Shown here piece after piece: positions 59,298 through 64,000 of a stretch of 64,000 bases of DNA (position 1 is its first letter; the number at the start of each line of letters is the position of its first letter). The DNA lies in the IMG/VR virus record IMGVR_UViG_3300029454_000001, positions 1-64,000 of that record. One strand, 5' to 3'. The notes under the pieces were generated by a model. That model ran no database searches. It was not told the DNA's origin and was given only the letters and a program-made list of their open reading frames with translations. The position numbers and the translations under genes were made by a program. Origin of the DNA: a virus.

Positions 59298-60196
59298 TTA
59301 TCTACCTCGCTTACCCTGTTTTGAATTTTCTCCATGTAGCTGCACGGTCTATTCGTAGACTTGTCTGCGTATTGCCCTTCAAATACTTTTGCGAAATTTC
59401 CAGGCTTTAAGAACCAGTCAAACGTAACCATCCAGCCATTTTTATTCTGCCCTTGCAAGAAACTACTATGGCGAATGTTCTCAATGGCTTCTAAGATATC
59501 ATCTATATGGTTCTGACGGATTCTGGCTTTCACCGCTTGTTCTCGTTTTGGTGTCATTCTTTTTACAGGAGTGATACCAAATTCTTCCAGAGTATTCCAT
59601 TCATCAATGATTCGTTGGACGTCAGTCTGACGAATAGTATCTTTAGATACTATTAAATCATTTATATCTTTTTCTTTATCTTTATCTAATTCTGTATCTA
59701 AATCTAATTCTAAATCTTTATCTTTATTCTTATTCTGTTCCGTTACAGTAATGTTACTGTAACGTTTCTGTAACGTTACATCATCTTTCTTGCAAAGCAA
59801 TGCGGCCTTATTTTTTTGACGTTCACGATATTCTGCAACCCTTTTTCTGTTTTGATCTCGTATTTTCTCCAATTCGTCTGCACTTTGATGCTCTTCCCAG
59901 CCGGGAATAGAAAGCAATTCAGAATCTCTGGTAATCATCCCGAACTTTTCCAGAACTGTTAATGCTAATTGAATAATGCTTTCCTCAAAATCCAATTCAT
60001 CTGCAAGCATTTTTGTTGTGTATGGAATATTTTCAGTGAGGAAAATAATTCCGTTTGAATTGCATCTGCCAGCCATTGTCAAAAGCATTACCCAAATAAG
60101 AACAATATTGTTTCCCTCTGGCATTTTCCTTATTTGCTTAATTTTTCGGTTGCTAAACATTTCAATCTCAATTTTAATCCAGCTTACTTTAGCCAT
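59288..60196 (-). CDS. Phage replisome organizer (N-terminal phage_rep_org_N domain plus DnaD-like C-terminus)
   Basis: MAKVSWIKIEIEMFSNRKIKQIRKMPEGNNIVLIWVMLLTMAGRCNSNGIIF. Confidence 0.8.
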   Translation of the reverse strand: MAKVSWIKIEIEMFSNRKIKQIRKMPEGNNIVLIWVMLLTMAGRCNSNGIIFLTENIPYTTKMLADELDFEESIIQLALTVLEKFGMITRDSELLSIPGWEEHQSADELEKIRDQNRKRVAEYRERQKNKAALLCKKDDVTLQKRYSNITVTEQNKNKDKDLELDLDTELDKDKEKDINDLIVSKDTIRQTDVQRIIDEWNTLEEFGITPVKRMTPKREQAVKARIRQNHIDDILEAIENIRHSSFLQGQNKNGWMVTFDWFLKPGNFAKVFEGQYADKSTNRPCSYMEKIQNRVSEVDNWV

Positions 60197-60239
60197 TAAT
60201 GTAATTGCCTCCTCCAATTCCTGGATTTTTCAAAAGTGT

Positions 60240-61361
60240 TTATCTCAATTCAACTTCAATTCCATTGATTTTCAGTTCTCCATTTACCGGAATTACAAGA
60301 GATGGAACGCCGTTTATTTCTTTCAGTTCAATCAGAGCAATTTTATCTGGCTGGATGCAGATTGTTGCATCTGGTGTTACAATTTTTGCAGTTTTTGAAT
60401 TGTGGATATTGTCAAGGGAAACAGGCTCATTACTGAAATACATTTCCCAGTTTTCTTTAAAATCCGATAATTTCTCGCCTGGAATTCCGCAATATCCAAA
60501 AATCTGTTCCATTTCATCACATGATACGGTTATCATCTCCGGGCTATCTTTCTTCTGTTCTCTTACTTCCTGTAATGATTCAATCAGACTTTCCGTGAAA
60601 TTGAATGTTGTATTTCCTTCGAAATTATTCATGATAAAATCTGAAAAGACATTGATCTCATTTCCCGGTATACGTGGAATTGGTGTGCCAAGAACATTTT
60701 CGATGAAGTCTGGATGAATATTCTTTATGTTTTTGTTGAAATACAAGGTTCCATGAATATCAGTGCTTCTATCATTGAATACAGGGAATAAGAATCCTGT
60801 TTCTGGTCTTGAGACTACCCAATCACGAATTCTGTCTTTGATGTTATTTTCAGTCACATCATAGCTAAGACCTGCCTTTGAAAGATTCACCGGACAAATG
60901 CTGCACAGAATGTGTTCATAGATTTCTTCTGAAGAATCGTGCATTTCAGTTCCATCAGAAGCCTTTCCAGGAATGTCATATACTGCATGAATGAGAACTA
61001 TATAGTAATTTTCCGGATAATCATAATTTTCAATCACTTTATCATAAAATTCATCCAAAAGCTCATCATCTTTAAGCTTACTTGCTCTGATTCGCATAAG
61101 AAATTCCTGTGTTCCACCCTCTTTTTCCTGTGCTAATGGAAAATCAAAGTTCATAAGGTTCTTTCCAAGTCTGCCAGACATGGTTTTCTTGAAAATGTCA
61201 AAATACTTAAACATTTCTTCCTCTGGAAGGGAAAGGAAAGCTTCTTTAATTTTGGTTTTCTTATTTTTTTCTGCATCCACATAACAACCACAAATACGTG
61301 TAATGGAACAATTTGCTGGTGTAAACTGTTTCTTGATCTCTGCGATTTCTTTCTTATTCAT
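60240..61361 (-). CDS. DUF4317 family protein
   Basis: MNKKEIAEIKKQFTPANCSITRICGCYVDAEKNKKTKIKEAFLSLPEEEMFKYFDIFKKTMSG matches DUF4317 N-termini from memory. Confidence 0.65.
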   Translation of the reverse strand: MNKKEIAEIKKQFTPANCSITRICGCYVDAEKNKKTKIKEAFLSLPEEEMFKYFDIFKKTMSGRLGKNLMNFDFPLAQEKEGGTQEFLMRIRASKLKDDELLDEFYDKVIENYDYPENYYIVLIHAVYDIPGKASDGTEMHDSSEEIYEHILCSICPVNLSKAGLSYDVTENNIKDRIRDWVVSRPETGFLFPVFNDRSTDIHGTLYFNKNIKNIHPDFIENVLGTPIPRIPGNEINVFSDFIMNNFEGNTTFNFTESLIESLQEVREQKKDSPEMITVSCDEMEQIFGYCGIPGEKLSDFKENWEMYFSNEPVSLDNIHNSKTAKIVTPDATICIQPDKIALIELKEINGVPSLVIPVNGELKINGIEVELR

Positions 61362-61363
61362 GA

Positions 61364-61537
61364 TTAGTCCTCCGCTCCAAATATTTTTCTTAAATTGTTC
61401 TGGTAATTCTTCACTGTTTGTTCGATAGTGTTATAAGTTTGTCTTAATCTGCATCTTTCTTTGTAACCATCGCATATTGTTCCAAAAAGAATGGCATTCC
61501 GACATATCCCATCTTGACTAGCACAACATTTATTCAT
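61364..61537 (-). CDS. Cys-rich small ORF (57 aa)
   Basis: ATGA overlap with the upstream stop. My translation MNKCCASQDGICRNAILFGTICDGYKERCRLRQTYNTIEQTVKNYQNNLRKIFGAED. Confidence 0.45.
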   Translation of the reverse strand: MNKCCASQDGICRNAILFGTICDGYKERCRLRQTYNTIEQTVKNYQNNLRKIFGAED

Positions 61538-61749
61538 TTCTTCATCTCCTCCAACTTCTTCTCTATCGGATTAATAATCTCTTCCAATGCCTGTTGCTCA
61601 TAATTTTCTTTCCAGATTTTTTCTCTTTTCCAAAATGGAACTTTTTTAACCTTGTCGATTAAATCAATACACGCCATAGCTGTCAGTGTTCCCCAGCATC
61701 CGTCACATGCTCTTTCATTGCACCAGTTTACAAATTCTTTAAATTTCAT
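61534..61749 (-). CDS. Hypothetical Cys-containing protein (71 aa)
   Basis: ORF track. Confidence 0.5.
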   Translation of the reverse strand: MKFKEFVNWCNERACDGCWGTLTAMACIDLIDKVKKVPFWKREKIWKENYEQQALEEIINPIEKKLEEMKK

Positions 61750-62161
61750 TTTTGAACTCCTCCAACTTCTTCTCAGCTTCTTCGCGGGTGAGGAATACTA
61801 AAACATTTAATTCTCCGATCCATTCATCATGGTTTGCCCACAAAAACTGTTTACCATCTTTGCCGCATTCAATTCCGCTTACCACGTTTTCTCGAATATC
61901 CATTCCGTATATATCCCATACAGTTGTGCCAATAGGACACGGCAATCTCACAAGCAAGCCCTGTTCTTCTAAGTCTTTATAAGATTTCAGTTCCTCTAAC
62001 CATTTCGCAAGCTGTTCGTGTTCTTCTGCACATTTTATACAATTAGCCTTCATATAATTTTCTACAGAATCATTTGAGTCAAATTTTTCTGCGTCATTAT
62101 AATTCATATCTGCTACTTCTTTTGCGTGTTTAATAGCTTCATCAAGTGTTAATCTCTCCAT
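61739..62161 (-). CDS. Hypothetical protein (140 aa)
   Basis: ORF track. Confidence 0.5.
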   Translation of the reverse strand: MERLTLDEAIKHAKEVADMNYNDAEKFDSNDSVENYMKANCIKCAEEHEQLAKWLEELKSYKDLEEQGLLVRLPCPIGTTVWDIYGMDIRENVVSGIECGKDGKQFLWANHDEWIGELNVLVFLTREEAEKKLEEFKNEI

Positions 62162-62166
62162 CTACT

Positions 62167-62379
62167 TCACCTCTTATATACAACCCACTTATCAGAACCT
62201 TTGAACTTTACCCTTATCTTTATCGGATGTCCATCACCAACCATTCCATTTGGCTTATATTCACCAACAAATGCTGCTCCTTCCAATGACTTATGGCTTT
62301 TCTCGCATGCAATAGCCTTTTCTTTATCCGCATAGTTAGTATTACAGATTTGACATGTATATAATATTTTCTTAATCAT
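62167..62379 (-). CDS. Zinc-ribbon-like small protein (70 aa)
   Basis: ORF track. CQICNTNY..ACEKSH. Confidence 0.5.
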   Translation of the reverse strand: MIKKILYTCQICNTNYADKEKAIACEKSHKSLEGAAFVGEYKPNGMVGDGHPIKIRVKFKGSDKWVVYKR

Positions 62380-62742
62380 CTACTTCACCTCTTCCATCTG
62401 ACTTTCTACAGTATCTGCAAGTAATAGCATTGATTCAATAACTTTATCTGTTAATGACATTCTATATTTATTGTCAGCAAAATACTTAACGTGAGCTATT
62501 GCTTCCTTAATCTTTTCTTCGCACGCAACAATTTCGGATGTTTCATACAAGGGCTTATCATCACTGTAATAAGTTACATTTTTGCCATTGTAAAATTTTA
62601 ACATATTCGGAATCGGAATATTCAGTGCATTTAAATGATTTCCTCCTTCCCACTTAAATCCCTGTAATTTTGCTATTTTCAGAACTTTCAAATACTCTTC
62701 CCGCGTTCTTACAAATATGTTTTTTCCTGTTAAATCAATCAT
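62380..62742 (-). CDS. Hypothetical protein (120 aa)
   Basis: Internal Met after AGGAGGAAATTCTG in ORF 62380..62889. Confidence 0.5.
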   Translation of the reverse strand: MIDLTGKNIFVRTREEYLKVLKIAKLQGFKWEGGNHLNALNIPIPNMLKFYNGKNVTYYSDDKPLYETSEIVACEEKIKEAIAHVKYFADNKYRMSLTDKVIESMLLLADTVESQMEEVK

Positions 62743-62995
62743 CAGAATTTCCTCCTGTAATCTCAGCCAAGCACTTATCATATCCATCTTTATATCCAAG
62801 GTCATAACCGCTTGTAATTTTTGGTGTTTTGATTTTGTCTGGTAACGGTCGCATTGGGCACCGCTCAGGTCTATCAGTTGAATTTTCAATTGTTTTACCA
62901 GTTATTAAACACTGAAATCTGTGATAGGTATAGCAAAACATACAGCAACCCTCACAAGATTCTGGCGTATCAATCACCAATACTGATTTACTCAT
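62735..62995 (-). CDS. Cys-rich protein (86 aa)
   Basis: ORF track. CEGCCMFCYTYHRFQC. Confidence 0.5.
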   Translation of the reverse strand: MSKSVLVIDTPESCEGCCMFCYTYHRFQCLITGKTIENSTDRPERCPMRPLPDKIKTPKITSGYDLGYKDGYDKCLAEITGGNSDD

Positions 62996-63249
62996 TCAAC
63001 TCCACCGCCTTTCACGATTCCTACCGCCCTGCTTAGTCCAGCATTGTATCCTTGATGTACATCAGATAAGATACATTCGGATTCGATGAATTTATCTCTT
63101 TTCAATTCGCCAATAACCTTGTCCACATCAAAAGCTGTCGGCTGTTCGTCAACAGCTTCACATATAATTTCCGGGCTAAATGTTTCTCTCCCTGTGTTTA
63201 AAGAACTATTAATTGCTTCTTTCAGTTTATCTGCATTAATCAACCTCAT
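62992..63249 (-). CDS. Hypothetical protein (85 aa)
   Basis: Internal Met MRLINADK after GAGGAG in ORF 62992..63348. Confidence 0.45.
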   Translation of the reverse strand: MRLINADKLKEAINSSLNTGRETFSPEIICEAVDEQPTAFDVDKVIGELKRDKFIESECILSDVHQGYNAGLSRAVGIVKGGGVE

Positions 63250-63379
63250 AATCTTCACACTCCTCCGCATATTCATAACTGTCCATATCATCACATCTGC
63301 ACTGGCAGGAATCCTGCTTAGTACAGCAGATGCAGCACTCTGTTTCACCGTCCGGGCGCTCTAATTTACATCTTCCCAT
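63236..63379 (-). CDS. Possible Cys-rich acidic mini-protein (47 aa)
   Basis: Internal Met MGRCKLERPDGETECCICCTKQDSCQCRCDD in ORF 63236..63454. Confidence 0.35.
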   Translation of the reverse strand: MGRCKLERPDGETECCICCTKQDSCQCRCDDMDSYEYAEECEDYEVD

Positions 63380-63590
63380 TAATCCAGTCGCCCTCTTCTT
63401 CGAAATAAATGTATCTGCTGTTTTTCTTGACCGGCTTTGATGTATCAATGCCATACTTTATCAGCAGACCTTTCCAAGATTTAAACTCTTTTAGCGTGAC
63501 CTTGAATCTGGTGTAGGTCTTCCCGTCCTTTTTGAAAATTGACATTTCCATGTTTAATCCTCCTTGTATGGTTTCGGAAGAGGCTGCCAT
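63366..63590 (-). CDS. Hypothetical protein (74 aa)
   Basis: ORF track. Confidence 0.5.
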   Translation of the reverse strand: MAASSETIQGGLNMEMSIFKKDGKTYTRFKVTLKEFKSWKGLLIKYGIDTSKPVKKNSRYIYFEEEGDWINGKM

Positions 63591-63874
63591 GCCGTGACGC
63601 CTTCACAGTTTAAATGCCACGAACCGTCTATACAATACCCAGTGCGAACGAATGTTGTTCCCCTTCTGGTTTTGCATGATACAAGAACCGTCGTATCACC
63701 TTCCGGCAATCTCTCACTGACAGGAATCCATCCGTTTTCTTTCTCGTCCTGTTCAAAATCATTTAGAAGAGTATTCACAATATCCAGCGCACTCCCTGGA
63801 AGCCCATGCTTATACTGTGATTTCTTTTCTATCTCAGCTTTGTATTGTTCTAATCTGGTTCGTACTCTGCTCAT
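63554..63874 (-). CDS. DUF551-like protein
   Basis: GWIPVSERLPEGDTTVLVS..GSWHLNCEGVTAWQPLPKPY is the DUF551 pattern. Confidence 0.65.
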   Translation of the reverse strand: MSRVRTRLEQYKAEIEKKSQYKHGLPGSALDIVNTLLNDFEQDEKENGWIPVSERLPEGDTTVLVSCKTRRGTTFVRTGYCIDGSWHLNCEGVTAWQPLPKPYKED

Positions 63875-64000
63875 ACAACCACCTCTTCAAAATGCTCATT
63901 TAGTATTTCTTGTGATATCTCAATCCATCTGTTAACATTTACTCCGTCAAGATGGATTTCTCCATCAATAATTTTTTCATTTCCTACTTCGTAAACTTCG
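63871..64000 (-). CDS. Partial CDS (N-terminus outside the window)
   Basis: Open minus-strand frame ..EVYEVGNEKIIDGEIHLDGVNVNRWIEISQEILNEHFEEVVV ends in a TGA that overlaps the next ATG. Confidence 0.5.
   Translation of the reverse strand, partial: EVYEVGNEKIIDGEIHLDGVNVNRWIEISQEILNEHFEEVVV

Noticed and set aside
1-64000. Prophage boundaries, host flanks or att sites
   Set aside because: Every recognisable gene is phage- or mobile-element-like. I found no direct repeats that delimit the element, so the boundaries must lie outside the window or cannot be seen without the host sequence.

Overview
The whole 64-kb window reads as a mosaic temperate siphovirus-type phage or prophage from an AT-rich Firmicute, judging by GGAGG-type RBSs and Clostridia-like gene families. 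I see no host housekeeping gene and no att boundary, so the element is longer than the window. Almost all genes are on the minus strand. Layout by plus coordinate: 1-3.3 kb, early genes (BRO/KilAC antirepressor, small ORFs) diverging from a CI-like XRE repressor at back-to-back consensus promoters. 3.3-5.6 kb: orphan LytTR response regulator, a divergent membrane-protein gene, and the endolysin. 6.2-11.6 kb: tail tip (1507-aa Tal/fiber with a self-cleaving chaperone domain). 11.7-21.2 kb: accessory island between the tail-tip genes and the tape measure, bracketed by two Rha paralogs (Rep-like wHTH, two HNH nucleases, AntA, RHH, Ltp-type superinfection exclusion protein, secreted Big_2 protein, hairpin-dense noncoding block). 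21.3-29.2 kb: tape measure, chaperone with -1 frameshift, major tail protein, holin-like gene, head-tail joining genes. 29.2-35.5 kb: BppU/pectinesterase-like receptor-binding protein plus an odd block of low-complexity Cys/Gly/Trp/Gln-rich proteins, a sigma region-4-like protein and an XhlA-like protein. 35.6-42.0 kb: connector, capsid, scaffold, portal, TerL. 42.2-51.2 kb: a 9-kb island splitting terL from terS. 51.2-53.2 kb: terS behind three serial terminators and an operator-controlled promoter cassette. 53.3-58.3 kb: plus-strand cargo genes, 1 kb of iteron-rich noncoding DNA, DUF4417 and a large serine recombinase. 58.3-64 kb: replication and early genes. The most interesting part is the terS-terL island. 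It holds a Ro60-like (TROVE-like plus vWA/MIDAS, DUF2828-type) gene flanked by 8 tRNA-shaped genes. Only 4 of the 8 have a normal anticodon loop. The spacers are strongly structured, and an RNA-ligase-like nucleotidyltransferase lies nearby. Every family assignment comes from motif recognition by eye, and every RNA fold was done by hand. No search or folding program was run.
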